64,000 bases of DNA from Balanoglossus misakiensis. Taxonomy: Eukaryota > Animalia > Hemichordata. The stretch is taken from assembly GCA_040954595.2 (NCBI GenBank), contig CM082577.2, forward strand, positions 558,001 through 622,000. The letters run 5' to 3'. A program made the position numbers and the translations under genes. A model generated the notes under the pieces. That model was given only the letters and a program-made list of their open reading frames with translations, made no database searches and was not told the DNA's origin. Positions 11,501 through 32,775 of this stretch are shown in pieces. How positions within the stretch are numbered: position 1 is the first letter of the stretch; every line of letters starts with the position of its first letter.

Positions 11501-14500
11501 TTTCAAAATTTCTTCATTTTTTGAAAAAATCATGGGTTATAGCTCATGAAAATCATCCAAAAATGACAATTTTTCGACTTTGCGAATTTTCAAAATTTCT
11601 TCATTTTTTGAAAAAATCATGGGTTATAGCTCATGAAAATCATCCAAAAATGACAATTTTTCGACTTTGCGAATTTTCAAAATTTCTTCATTTTTTGAAA
11701 AAATCATGGGTTATAGCTCATGAAAATCATCCAAAAATGACAATTTTTCGACTTTGCGAATTTTCAAAATTTCTTCATTTTTTGAAAAAATCATGGGTTA
11801 TAGCTCATGAAAATCATCCAAAAATGACAATTTTTCGACTTTGCGAATTTTCAAAATGTCTTCATTTTTTGAAAAAATCATGGGTTATAGCTCATGAAAA
11901 TCATCCAAAAATGACAATTTTTCGACTTTGCGAATTTTCAAAATGTCTTCATTTTTTGAAAAAATCATGGGTTATAGCTCATGAAAATCATCCAAAAATG
12001 ACAATTTTTCGACTTTGCGAATTTTCAAAATGTCTTCATTTTTTGAAAAAATCATGGGTTATAGCTCATGAAAATCATCCAAAAATGACAATTTTTCGAC
12101 TTTGCGAATTTTCAAAATGTCTTCATTTTTTGAAAAAATCATGGGTTATAGCTCATGAAAATCATCCAAAAATGACAATTTTTCGACTTTGCGAATTTTC
12201 AAAATTTCTTCATTTTTTGAAAAAATCATGGGTTATAGCTCATGAAAATCATCCGAAAATGACAATTTTTCGACTTTGCGAATTTTCAAAATTTCTTCAT
12301 TTTTTGAAAAAATCATGGGTTATAGCTAATGAAAATCATCCGAAAATGACAATTTTTCGACTTTGCGAATTTTCAAAATGTCTTCATTTTTTGAAAAAAT
12401 CATGGGTTATAGCTAATGAAAATCATCCGAAAATGATAATTTTTCGACTTTGCGAATTTTCAAAATTTCTTCATTTTTTGAAAAAATCATGGGTTATAGC
12501 TCATGAAAATCATCCAAAAATGACAATTTTTCGACTTTGCGAATTTTCAAAATTTCTTCATTTTTTGAAAAAATCATGGGTTATAGCTCATGAAAATCAT
12601 CCAAAAATGACAATTTTTCGACTTTGCGAATTTTCAAAATTTCTTCATTTTTTGAAAAAATCATGGGTTATAGCTCATGAAAATCATCCAAAAATGACAA
12701 TTTTTCGACTTTGCGAATTTTCAAAATTTCTTCATTTTTTGAAAAAACATGGGTTATAGCTCATGAAAATCATCCAAAAATGATAATTTTTCGACTTTGC
12801 GAATTTTCAAAATTTCTTCATTTTTTGAAAAAATCATGGGTTATAGCTCATGAAAATCATCCAAAAATGACAATTTTTCGACTTTGCGAATTTTCAAAAT
12901 TTCTTCATTTTTTGAAAAAATCATGGGTTATAGCTCATGAAAATCATCCAAAAATGACAATTTTTCGACTTTGCGAATTTTCGAAATTTCTTCATTTTTT
13001 GAAAAAATCATGGGTTATAGCTCATGAAAATCATCCAAAAATGACAATTTTTCGACTCTGCGAATTTTCGAAATTTCTTCATTTTTTGAAAAAAATCATG
13101 GGTTATAGCTCATGAAAATCATCCAAAAATGAGAATTTTTCGACTTTGCGAATTTTCAAAATTTCTTCATTTTTTGAAAAAATCATGGGTTATAGCTCAT
13201 GAAAATCATCCAAAAATGACAATTTTTCGACTTTGCGAATTTTCAAAATTTCTTCATTTTTTGAAAAAATCATGGGTTATAGCTCGTGAAAATCATCCAA
13301 AAATGACAATTTTTCGACTTTGCGAATTTTCAAAATTTCTTCATTTTTTGAAAAAATCATGGGTTATAGCTCATGAAAATCATCCAAAAATGATAATTTT
13401 TCGACTCTGCGTATATTCAAAATTTCTTTATTTTTTTAAAAAAATCATGGGTTGTAGCTCATTAAAATAATCCAAAAATGACAATTTTTCGACTCTGCGA
13501 ATTTTCAAAATTTCTTCATTTTTTGAAAAAATCATGGGTTATAGCTCATGAAAATCATCCAAAAATGACAATTTTTCGACTTTGCGAATTTTCAAAATTT
13601 CTTCATTTTTTGAAAAAATCATGGGTTATAGCTCATGAAAATCATCCAAAAATGACAATTTTTCGACTTTGCGAATTTTCAAAATTTCTTCATTTTTTGA
13701 AAAAATCATGGGTTATAGCTCATGATAATCATCCAAAAATGACAATTTTTCGACTTTGCGAATTTTCAAAATTTCTTCATTTTTTGAAAAAATCATGGGT
13801 TATAGCTCATGAAAATCATCCAAAAATGACAATTTTTCGACTTTGCGAATTTTCAAAATTTCTTCATTTTTTGAAAAAATCATGGGTTATAGCTCATGAA
13901 AATCATCCAAAAATGACAATTTTTCGACTTTGCGAATTTTCAAAATTTCTTCATTTTTTGAAAAAATCATGGGTTATAGCTCATGAAAATCATCCAAAAA
14001 TGACAATTTTTCGACTTTGCGAATTTTCAAAATTTCTTCATTTTTTGAAAAAATCATGGGTTATAGCTCATGAAAATCATCCAAAAATGACAATTTTTCG
14101 ACTTTGCGAATTTTCAAAATTTCTTCATTTTTTGAAAAAATCATGGGTTATAGCTCATGAAAATCATCCAAAAATGACAATTTTTCGACTTTGCGAATTT
14201 TCAAAATTTCTTCATTTTTTGAAAAAATCATGGGTTATAGCTCATGAAAATCATCCAAAAATGACAATTTTTCGACTTTGCGAATTTTCAAAATTTCTTC
14301 ATTTTTTGAAAAAATCATGGGTTATAGCTCATGAAAATCGTCCAAAAATGACAATTTTTCGACTTTGCGGAGTATCAAAATTTCTTCATTTTTTGAAAAA
14401 AATCATGGGTTATAGCTCATGAAAATCATCCAAAAATGACAATTTTTCGACTTTGCGAATTTTCAAAATTTCTTCATTTTTTGAAAAAATCATGGGTTAT

Positions 14501-17500
14501 AGCTCATGAAAATCATCCAAAAATGACAATTTTTCGACTTTGCGAATTTTCAAAATTTCTTCATTTTTTGAAAAAATCATGGGTTATAGCTCATGAAAAT
14601 CATCCAAAAATGACAATTTTTCGACTTTGCGAATTTTCAAAATTTCTTCATTTTTTGAAAAAATCATGGGTTATAGCTCATGAAAATCATCCAAAAATGA
14701 CAATTTTTCGACTTTGCGAATTTTCAAAATTTCTTCATTTTTTGAAAAAATCATGGGTTATAGCTCATGAAAATCATCCAAAAATGACAATTTTTCGACT
14801 TTGCGAATTTTCAAAATTTCTTCATTTTTTGAAAAAATCATGGGTTATAGCTCATGAAAATCATCCAAAAATGACAATTTTTCGACTTTGCGAATTTTCA
14901 AAATTTCTTCATTTTTTGAAAAAATCATGGGTTATAGCTCATGAAAATCATCCAAAAATGACAATTTTTCGACTTTGCGAATTTTCAAAATTTCTTCATT
15001 TTTTGAAAAAATCATGGGTTATAGCTCATGAAAATCATCCAAAAATGACAATTTTTCGACTTTGCGAATTTTCAAAATTTCTTCATTTTTTGAAAAAATC
15101 ATGGGTTATAGCTCATGAAAATCATCCAAAAATGACAATTTTTCGACTCTGCGAATTTTCAAAATTTCTTCATTTTTTGAAAAAATCATGGGTTATAGCT
15201 CATGAAAATCATCCAAAAATGACAATTTTTCGACTTTGCGAATTTTCAAAATTTCTTCATTTTTTGAAAAAATCATGGGTTATAGCTCATGAAAATCGTC
15301 CAAAAATGACAATTTTTCGACTTTGCGGAGTATCAAAATTTCTTCATTTTTTGAAAAAAATCATGGGTTATAGCTCATGAAAATCATCCAAAAATGACAA
15401 TTTTTCGACTTTGCGAATTTTCAAAATTTCTTCATTTTTTGAAAAAATCATGGGTTATAGCTCATGAAAATCATCCAAAAATGACAATTTTTCGACTTTG
15501 CGAATTTTCAAAATTTCTTCATTTTTTGAAAAAATCATGGGTTATAGCTCATGAAAATCATCCAAAAATGACAATTTTTCGACTTTGCGAATTTTCAAAA
15601 TTTCTTCATTTTTTGAAAAAATCATGGGTTATAGCTCATGAAAATCATCCAAAAATGACAATTTTTCGACTTTGCGATTTTTCAAAATTTCTTCATTTTT
15701 TGAAAAAATCATGGGTTATAGCTCATGAAAATCATCCAAAAATGACAATTTTTCGACTTTGCGAATTTTCAAAATTTCTTCATTTTTTGAAAAAATCATG
15801 GGTTATAGCTCATGAAAATCATCCAAAAATGACAATTTTTCGACTTTGCGAATTTTCAAAATTTCTTCATTTTTTGAAAAAATCATGGGTTATAGCTCAT
15901 GAAAATCATCCAAAAATGACAATTTTTCGACTTTGCGAATTTTCAAAATTTCTTCATTTTTTGAAAAAATCATGGGTTATAGCTCATGAAAATCATCCAA
16001 AAATGACAATTTTTCGACTTTGCGAATTTTCAAAATTTCTTCATTTTTTGAAAAAATCATGGGTTATAGCTCATGAAAATCATCCAAAAATGACAATTTT
16101 TCGACTTTGCGAATTTTCAAAATGTCTTCATTTTTTGAAAAAATCATGGGTTATAGCTCATGAAAATCATCCAAAAATGACAATTTTTCGACTTTGCGAA
16201 TTTTCAAAATGTCTTCATTTTTTGAAAAAATCATGGGTTATAGCTCATGAAAATCATCCAAAAATGACAATTTTTCGACTTTGCGAATTTTCAAAATTTC
16301 TTCATTTTTTGAAAAAATCATGGGTTATAGCTCATGAAAATCATCCGAAAATGACAATTTTTCGACTTTGCGAATTTTCAAAATTTCTTCATTTTTTGAA
16401 AAAATCATGGGTTATAGCTAATGAAAATCATCCGAAAATGATAATTTTTCGACTTTGCGAATTTTCAAAATGTCTTCATTTTTTGAAAAAATCATGGGTT
16501 ATAGCTCATGAAAATCATCCGAAAATGACAATTTTTCGACTTTGCGAATTTTCAAAATTTCTTCATTTTTTGAAAAAATCATGGGTTATAGCTCATGAAA
16601 ATCATCCAAAAATGACAATTTTTCGACTTTGTGAATTTTCAAAATTTCTTCATTTTTTGAAAAAATCATGGGTTATAGCTCATGAAAATCATCCAAAAAT
16701 GACAATTTTTCGACTTTGCGAATTTTCAAAATTTCTTCATTTTTTGAAAAAATCATGGGTTATAGCTCATGAAAATCGTCCAAAAATGACAATTTTTCGA
16801 CTTTGCGAATTTTCAAAATTTCTTAATTTTTTGAAAAAATCATGGGTTATAGCTCATGAAAATCATCCAAAAATGACAATTTTTCGACTTTGCGAATTTT
16901 CAAAATTTCTTCATTTTTTGAAAAAATCATGGGTTATAGCTCATGAAAATCATCCAAAAATGACAATTTTTCGACTTTGCGAATTTTCAAAATTTCTTCA
17001 TTTTTTGAAAAAATCATGGGTTATAGCTCATGAAAATCATCCAAAAATGACAATTTTTCGACTTTGCGAATTTTCAAAATGTCTTCATTTTTTGAAAAAA
17101 TCATGGGTTATAGCTCATGAAAATCATCCAAAAATGACAATTTTTCGACTTTGCGAATTTTCAAAATTTCTTCATTTTTTGAAAAAATCATGGGTTATAG
17201 CTCATGAAAATCATCCAAAAATGATAATTTTTCGACTTTGCGAATTTTCAAAATTTCTTCATTTTTTGAAAAAATCATGGGTTATAGCTCATGAAAATCA
17301 TCCAAAAATGACAATTTTTCGACTTTGCGAATTTTCAAAATTTCTTCATTTTTTGAAAAAATCATGGGTTATAGCTCATGAAAATCATCCAAAAATGACA
17401 ATTTTTCGACTTTGCGAATTTTCAAAATTTCTTCATTTTTTGAAAAAATCATGGGTTATAGCTCATGAAAATCATCCAAAAATGACAATTTTTCGACTTT

Positions 17501-20500
17501 GCGAATTTTCAAAATTTCTTCATTTTTTGAAAAAATCATGGGTTATAGCTCATGAAAATCATCCAAAAATGACAATTTTTCGACTTTGCGAATTTTCAAA
17601 ATTTCTTCATTTTTTGAAAAAATCATGGGTTATAGCTCATGAAAATCATCCAAAAATGACAATTTTTAGACTTTGCGAATTTTCAAAATTTCTTCATTTT
17701 TTGAAAAAATCATGGGTTATAGCTCATGAAAATCATCCAAAAATGATAATTTTTCGACTTTGCGAATTTTCAAAATTTCTTCATTTTTTGAAAAAATCAT
17801 GGGTTATAGCTCATGAAAATCATCCAAAATGACAATTTTTCGACTTTGCGAATTTTCAAAATTTCTTCATTTTTTGAAAAAATCATGGGTTATAGCTCAT
17901 GAAAATCATCCAAAAATGACAATTTTTCGACTTTGCGAATTTTCAAAATTTCTTCATTTTTTGAAAAAATCATGGGTTATAGCTCATGAAAATCATCCAA
18001 AAATGACAATTTTTCGACTTTGCGAATTTTCAAAATTTCTTCATTTCTTGAAAAAATCATGGGTTATAGCTCATGAAAATCATCCAAAAATGACAATTTT
18101 TCGACTTTGCGAATTTTCAAAATTTCTTCATTTTTTGAAAAAATCATGGGTTATAGATCATGAAAATCATCCAAAAATGATAATTTTTCAACTTTGCGAA
18201 TTTTCAAAATTTCTTCATTTTTTGAAAAAATCATGGGTTATAGCTCATGAAAATCATCCAAAAATGACAATTTTTCGACTTTGCGAATTTTCAAAATGTC
18301 TTCATTTTTTGAAAAAATCATGGGTTATAGCTCATGAAAATCATCCAAAAATGACAATTTTTCGACTTTGCGAATTTTCAAAATTTCTTCATTTTTTGAA
18401 AAAATCATGGGTTATAGCTCATGAAAATCATCCAAAAATGATAATTTTTCGACTTTGCGAATTTTCAAAATTTCTTCATTTTTTGAAAAAATCATGGGTT
18501 ATAGCTCATGAAAATCATCCAAAAATGACAATTTTTCGACTTTGCGAATTTTCAAAATTTCTTCATTTTTTGAAAAAATCATGGGTTATAGCTCATGAAA
18601 ATCATCCAAAAAATGACAATTTTTCGACTTTGCGAATTTTCAAAATTTCTTCATTTTTTGAAAAAATCATGGGTTATAGCTCATGAAAATCATCCAAAAA
18701 TGACAATTTTTCGACTTTGCGAATTTTCAAAATTTCTTCATTTTTTGAAAAAATCATGGGTTATAGCTCATGAAAATCATCCAAAAATGACAATTTTTCG
18801 ACTTTGCGAATTTTCAAAATTTCTTCATTTTTTGAAAAAATCATGGGTTATAGCTCATGAAAATCATCCAAAAATGACAATTTTTCGACTTTGCGAATTT
18901 TCGAAATTTCTTCATTTTTTGAAAAAATCATGGGTTATAGCTCATGAAAATCATCCAAAAATGACAATTTTTCGACTCTGCGAATTTTCGAAATTTCTTC
19001 ATTTTTTGAAAAAAATCATGGGTTATAGCTCATGAAAATCATCCAAAAATGACAATTTTTCGACTTTGCGAATTTTCAAAATTTCTTCATTTTTTGAAAA
19101 AATCATGGGTTATAGCTCATGAAAATCATCCAAAAATGATAATTTTTCGACTTTGCGAATTTTCAAAATTTCTTCATTTTTTGAAAAAATCATGGGTTAT
19201 AGCTCATGAAAATCATCCAAAAATGACAATTTTTCGACTTTGCGAATTTTCAAAATTTCTTCATTTTTTGAAAAAATCATGGGTTATAGCTCATGAAAAT
19301 CATCCAAAAAATGACAATTTTTCGACTTTGCGAATTTTCAAAATTTCTTCATTTTTTGAAAAAATCATGGGTTATAGCTCATGAAAATCATCCAAAAATG
19401 ACAATTTTTCGACTTTGCGAATTTTCAAAATTTCTTCATTTTTTGAAAAAATCATGGGTTATAGCTCATGAAAATCATCCAAAAATGACAATTTTTCGAC
19501 TTTGCGAATTTTCAAAATTTCTTCATTTTTTGAAAAAATCATGGGTTATAGCTCATGAAAATCATCCAAAAATGACAATTTTTCGACTTTGCGAATTTTC
19601 GAAATTTCTTCATTTTTTGAAAAAATCATGGGTTATAGCTCATGAAAATCATCCAAAAATGACAATTTTTCGACTCTGCGAATTTTCGAAATTTCTTCAT
19701 TTTTTGAAAAAAATCATGGGTTATAGCTCATGAAAATCATCCAAAAATGAGAATTTTTCGACTTTGCGAATTTTCAAAATTTCTTCATTTTTTGAAAAAA
19801 TCATGGGTTATAGCTCATGAAAATCATCCAAAAATGACAATTTTTCGACTTTGCGAATTTTCAAAATTTCTTCATTTTTTGAAAAAATCATGGGTTATAG
19901 CTCATGAAAATCATCCAAAAATGACAATTTTTCGACTTTGCGAATTTTCAAAATTTCTTCATTTTTTGAAAAAATCATGGGTTATAGCTCATGAAAATCA
20001 TCCAAAAATGATAATTTTTCGACTCTGCGTATATTCAAAATTTCTTTATTTTTTTAAAAAATCATGGGTTGTAGCTCATTAAAATAATCCAAAAATGACA
20101 ATTTTTCGACTCTGCGAATTTTCAAAATTTCTTCATTTTTTGAAAAAATCATGGGTTATAGCTCATGAAAATCATCCAAAAATGACAATTTTTCGACTTT
20201 GCGAATTTTCAAAATTTCTTCATTTTTTGAAAAAATCATGGGTTATAGCTCATGAAAATCATCCAAAAATGACAATTTTTCGACTTTGCGAATTTTCAAA
20301 ATTTCTTCATTTTTTGAAAAAATCATGGGTTATAGCTCATGAAAATCATCCAAAAATGACAATTTTTCGACTTTGCGAATTTTCGAAATTTCTTCATTTT
20401 TTGAAAAAATCATGGGTTATAGCTCATGAAAATCATCCAAAAATGACAATTTTTCGACTCTGCGAATTTTTGAAATTTCTTCATTTTTTGAAAAAAATCA

Positions 20501-21483
20501 TGGGTTATAGCTCATGAAAATCATCCAAAAATGAGAATTTTTCGACTTTGCGAATTTTCAAAATTTCTTCATTTTTTGAAAAAATCATGGGTTATAGCTC
20601 ATGAAAATCATCCAAAAATGACAATTTTTCGACTTTGCGAATTTTCAAAATTTCTTCATTTTTTGAAAAAATCATGGGTTATAGCTCATGAAAATCATCC
20701 AAAAATGACAATTTTTCGACTTTGCGAATTTTCGAAATTTCTTTATTTTTTGAAAAAATCATGGGTTATAGCTCATGAAAATCATCCAAAAATGACAATT
20801 TTTCGACTCTGCGAATTTTTCAAAATTTCTTCATTTTTTGAAAAAATCATGGGTTATAGCTCATGAAAATCATCCAAAAATGACAATTTTTCGACTTTGC
20901 GAATTTTCAAAATTTCTTCATTTTTTGAAAAAATCATGGGTTATAGCTCATGAAAATCATCCAAAAATGATAATTTTTCGACTTTGCGAATTTTCAAAAT
21001 TTCTTCATTTTTTGAAAAAATCATGGGTTATAGCTCATGAAAATCATCCAAAAATGACAATTTTTCGACTTTGCGAATTTTCAAAATGTCTTCATTTTTT
21101 GAAAAAATCATGGGTTATAGCTCATGAAAATCATCCAAAAATGACAATTTTTCGACTTTGCGAATTTTCAAAATTTCTTCATTTTTTGAAAAAATCATGG
21201 GTTATAGCTCATGAAAATCATCCAAAAATGATAATTTTTCGACTTTGCGAATTTTCAAAATTTCTTCATTTTTTGAAAAAATCATGGGTTATAGCTCATG
21301 AAAATCATCCAAAAATGACAATTTTTCGACTTTGCGAATTTTCAAAATTTCTTCATTTTTTGAAAAAATCATGGGTTATAGCTCATGAAAATCATCCAAA
21401 AAATGACAATTTTTCGACTTTGCGAATTTTCAAAATTTCTTCATTTTTTGAAAAAATCATGGGTTATAGCTCATGAAAATCAT
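8581..21483. repeat. Satellite A: tandem array of an 87-bp monomer, ~148 copies
   Basis: Monomer gctcatgaaaatcatccaaaaatgacaatttttcgactttgcgaattttcaaaatttcttcattttttgaaaaaatcatgggttata is repeated head to tail with few substitutions and 1-nt indels in A-runs; 12.9 kb / 87 = ~148. Confidence 0.99.
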
Positions 21484-22076
21484 ACACGCTAAAAAATGAA
21501 AAAATCTCGACATTGTGAATTTCGCTCATTTTGACATTTTCATGTCTCATGCATGGATTCTAACTCATACGAACTCAAAAAATGAAAAAAATCTCGACAT
21601 TGTGAATTTCGCTCATTTTGACATTTTCATGTCTCATGCATGGATTCTAACTCATACACGCTCAAAAAATGAAAAAATCTCGACATTGTGAATTTCGCTC
21701 ATTTTGACATTTTCATGTCTCATGCATGGATTCTAACTCATACACGCTCAAAAAATGAAAAAAATCTCGACATTGTGAATTTCGCTCATTTTGACATTTT
21801 CATGTCTCATGCATGGATTCTAACTCATACACGCTCAAAAAATGAAAAAAATCTCGACATTGTGAATTTCGCTCATTTTGACATTTTCATGTCTTATGCA
21901 TGGATTCTTACTCATACACGCTCAAAAAATGAAAAAATCTCGACATTGTGAATTTCGCTCATTTTGACATTTTCATGTCTTATGCATGGATTCTTACTCA
22001 TACACGCTTAAACAATGAAAAAATCTCGACATTGTGAATTTCGCTCATTTTGACATTTTCATGTCTCATGCATGGA
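21480..22076. repeat. Satellite B right block, ~7 direct copies of the 86-87-bp monomer
   Basis: Same monomer as the left block; it resumes immediately after satellite A and ends at ...catgcatgga. Confidence 0.97.
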
Positions 22077-24378
22077 CGTGTTGGTGTTTGTAGTACATTT
22101 ATTTTAAAAGAACCAAAACGAAATCAAATTCTTGCCATTTTTTTATTCACATAATTTGATAACTCAGGGAGGATGAGTCTAAGCTCACTTCCTTACCATA
22201 ATGATGAACACTTTTACTTTGACCTCAGACTGACTGACCGAAAAAGCACAAACGCGCCCAAGACGTATAGTTTAAAGGTCAGCTAATACATAATCCCTCC
22301 ATACACAGTCCCTCTTTGTGCTCTATGGTTCTCTACATGCCAGCAGCCACCAGCAGCCGTTTTAGGTGGTGGCGCCCTCTAGAGACGAATCATTCAATTT
22401 TTCCCATGAACTCTCAAACTCTGGTAAACATTTCCCGCTCATCTTTTACCGCGTATGTGTCAATACACCAAGAGAAACCCAAAGCCAATCTGTTAATCGA
22501 CATTGGCATAACAAATGGATAAAGCATAAGTAATTTGAAAACATTTGATTTTCAATAAATTTTGATGATTCCCCAACTATGGTAACATCAAGACTTGGGT
22601 ACGCGCATTCGTATAGGAATTGAAGTTCTACCAAATCAAAGGACAGATTAGTAGAATGAACCCCAAATGGCATTATGTATTGTTGATAAACCAAGCATCA
22701 AAGACATGGCATTTTTCATATGATATTTTATTTGTTTTTTTTAATGTGTAACAATCGCACTCATGAAAAAAAATCCATTCAAAAAAGTACAATGTACATC
22801 AGGTTCAAGCGAGAATATTGATACATATTTTGTAATGTGGGCAAAATGCCATGCAAATGTAAAAACACACAGCACCGAGAGAGTGAAACCAACCTCAAAA
22901 TTTGCTAAAAATACAACGGGGTGTATTTGATAACATGCTCCAGGATTTGTCTGGGAGATGAATCGAGTGCCGAATAAAAACTTTTTGAGTTGAAGTGTCA
23001 CCATGGTCACAGAAATTCAATGAGCCAAAAATTTGATGACGATCAGGAAAAGTCATTGACCTTTGACCTACTTTAGCCATTTCCCAGAAGAACCCTGGAG
23101 ATGATCTATTGGAGTAACAGATGTAAACTGTACGAACAAGGATTTTTTTCAAACTTACGAAATATTGGACGGAATTGCTGATATCTATCTTTTCAAAAGA
23201 TCTTTTATATTTGTAAAAAACAAACAAACACACGCCTCACACTGTTTATACAGAAATATCTCATGTCTTTTTTTGACGCGAGCATATAGCATTGCTCTTT
23301 AACCCTCCCTTCTACTTTATTTCACCCCTCCCTCCTTCCATCCCATAACCAAGTTCCCATGGTATCTGTCAATCTATCATTCTATCCGAAAAAATGAAAG
23401 ATGCCTTATCTCGCTCCAATTTCCTTTTTTTGTTTCATTAAATATGTACACGTCAGAAGAGACATTGCAAAAAAACAAAACAATTTTGTGCAGTAAAGGC
23501 ACTTTTGTGAGTCTTACTCTACAGCTGCAGACAGTGAGTTCCATGACAACAATTTTTTTGCATAATTGTGATGTCCACACCTAAATATACAAATGCAGTG
23601 AAGAAGTGTTCCAAAATATGCTAATTAGTAGCAGAGTGTGCACGAATGATGACGTCATCAAATCACAGATAGATATCCGCCATAGCTATCGGTCGAAAAC
23701 CAATCAGGTTGCAATACGAACACCGGTCGCCATATTGATGACGTCATCAGCACAGTCACTCTAAAATGTTATAATTACCAAATGAGGGAGAAACCATATG
23801 CATAGCTATCGTAGATCTAGAAGCAGCACAATCACTTCTGATCTCACCCCTAACCCCTCCTCACCCATTTCTTCCCAAACCATCACCAATATCTGTAATT
23901 CTGTAAACCTAGAGTAGAGCATGTAGCTTGAGTAAGCCAGGCTGATTTGTGTAAGTCTCACAATACTTTTTAATACTGTTTGCGTTTCCAAAGCTAAAAC
24001 ATTTCTTGTGGTGATTTTTATTGTGCTTAAAATCAGACGTGATTTATGAATAATTGACGGGTTCCTGCAGAAACGGAAACACCAATCAAACCTATGTAGC
24101 AGTCTTTGGTATGTCAAATGCATATTGAAACAATTCGTAGATCAAAGATGTCCTTATCTATGTTCAGCCAAGTCAATCAATAATTTAAATGATAACACAA
24201 ATACACATATAGCTATCAAGTATGGTATCAAACTCCTATCACTTCTGTTTTCTTTCTTTAAAAGCAAACAAACAAACAAAAGAAAGGAAACAGTGCGACA
24301 GATTGAATCACGTTCTGGATCTCAGCTCCTACTGCAAACCATGCTCCAGCTTCGGTTACAAATCGGGGGAGAAGATTT

Positions 24379-32267
<7,889 letters not shown>

Positions 32268-32761
32268 GGTTTCAACCGTGTCCTTGTTTTCAACAGAGCG
32301 ACAATGTTCTAATCCTGTGGCAGGGTGTGGACAGGTAAATGTTAATTGGGCAGTACAACAACTCGACAACTTTCTTGATCAAAAGTTACTCGTTCTTTCC
32401 CGTGTCCAATGTGTCCACGAGTGTGTTGTGTTGAACTTCAGACCGCTGGAATACACTTCGACGAACTTGGACTTGGCTCCCGGTAACCGGTTGACAAGCT
32501 ATGTCGAACTGATAAGACTCAACAAGACCCAGTCTTATGGCGTACACAAAACGGCTACCTCGCAACAAGCCTTATGTTTATGGATACCTCGGTTGGCCAA
32601 TTGCATGCGTCGACTCATGAATATCGGGCTCCGCGCATATGTGGTAACCAAGGGCGTCGCGAAGGACGCCATTGTAGCTGGCGGGCTCCCATTACAAACA
32701 AGTTGAGAGAAACCAATGAAAGGAACAACAAAAGGAAGGATCGCGCTGGTCCCGCCCCCTG

Positions 32762-32775
32762 GTAACCATTGAAAC
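32762..32775. promoter_or_regulatory. RFX X-box-like motif in the putative tektin promoter, next to a GC box
   Basis: gtaaccattgaaac resembles the palindromic X-box, is preceded by cccgcccc, and lies ~500 bp upstream of the tektin ATG. Confidence 0.45.

Noticed and set aside
9040-21476. Giant repetitive ORFs (up to 1239 aa of MTIFRLCEFSKFLHFLKKSWVIAHENHPK)
   Set aside because: The monomer is 87 bp = 29 codons and happens to lack a stop in one frame. Frequent 1-nt indels break the frame, and there are no unique flanking coding or splice signals. This is a satellite artefact.
21688-21951. 87-aa repetitive ORF
   Set aside because: Translation of satellite B.
8581-22076. CRISPR-like array
   Set aside because: Repeats are contiguous with no unique spacers, there are no cas genes, and the context is eukaryotic.
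22700-23780. Possible decayed non-autonomous DNA transposon (tgacctttgacc, two gatgacgtcatc palindromes)
   Set aside because: No TIRs, TSD or second copy in the window, so it cannot be supported without a repeat library.
32268-32369. N-terminal extension of the tektin ORF (from a TTG start)
   Set aside because: Similarity to tektin-3 begins at MQDYYGQT (32267). A plausible splice acceptor at ~32315 suggests the upstream part is intron plus 5' UTR.
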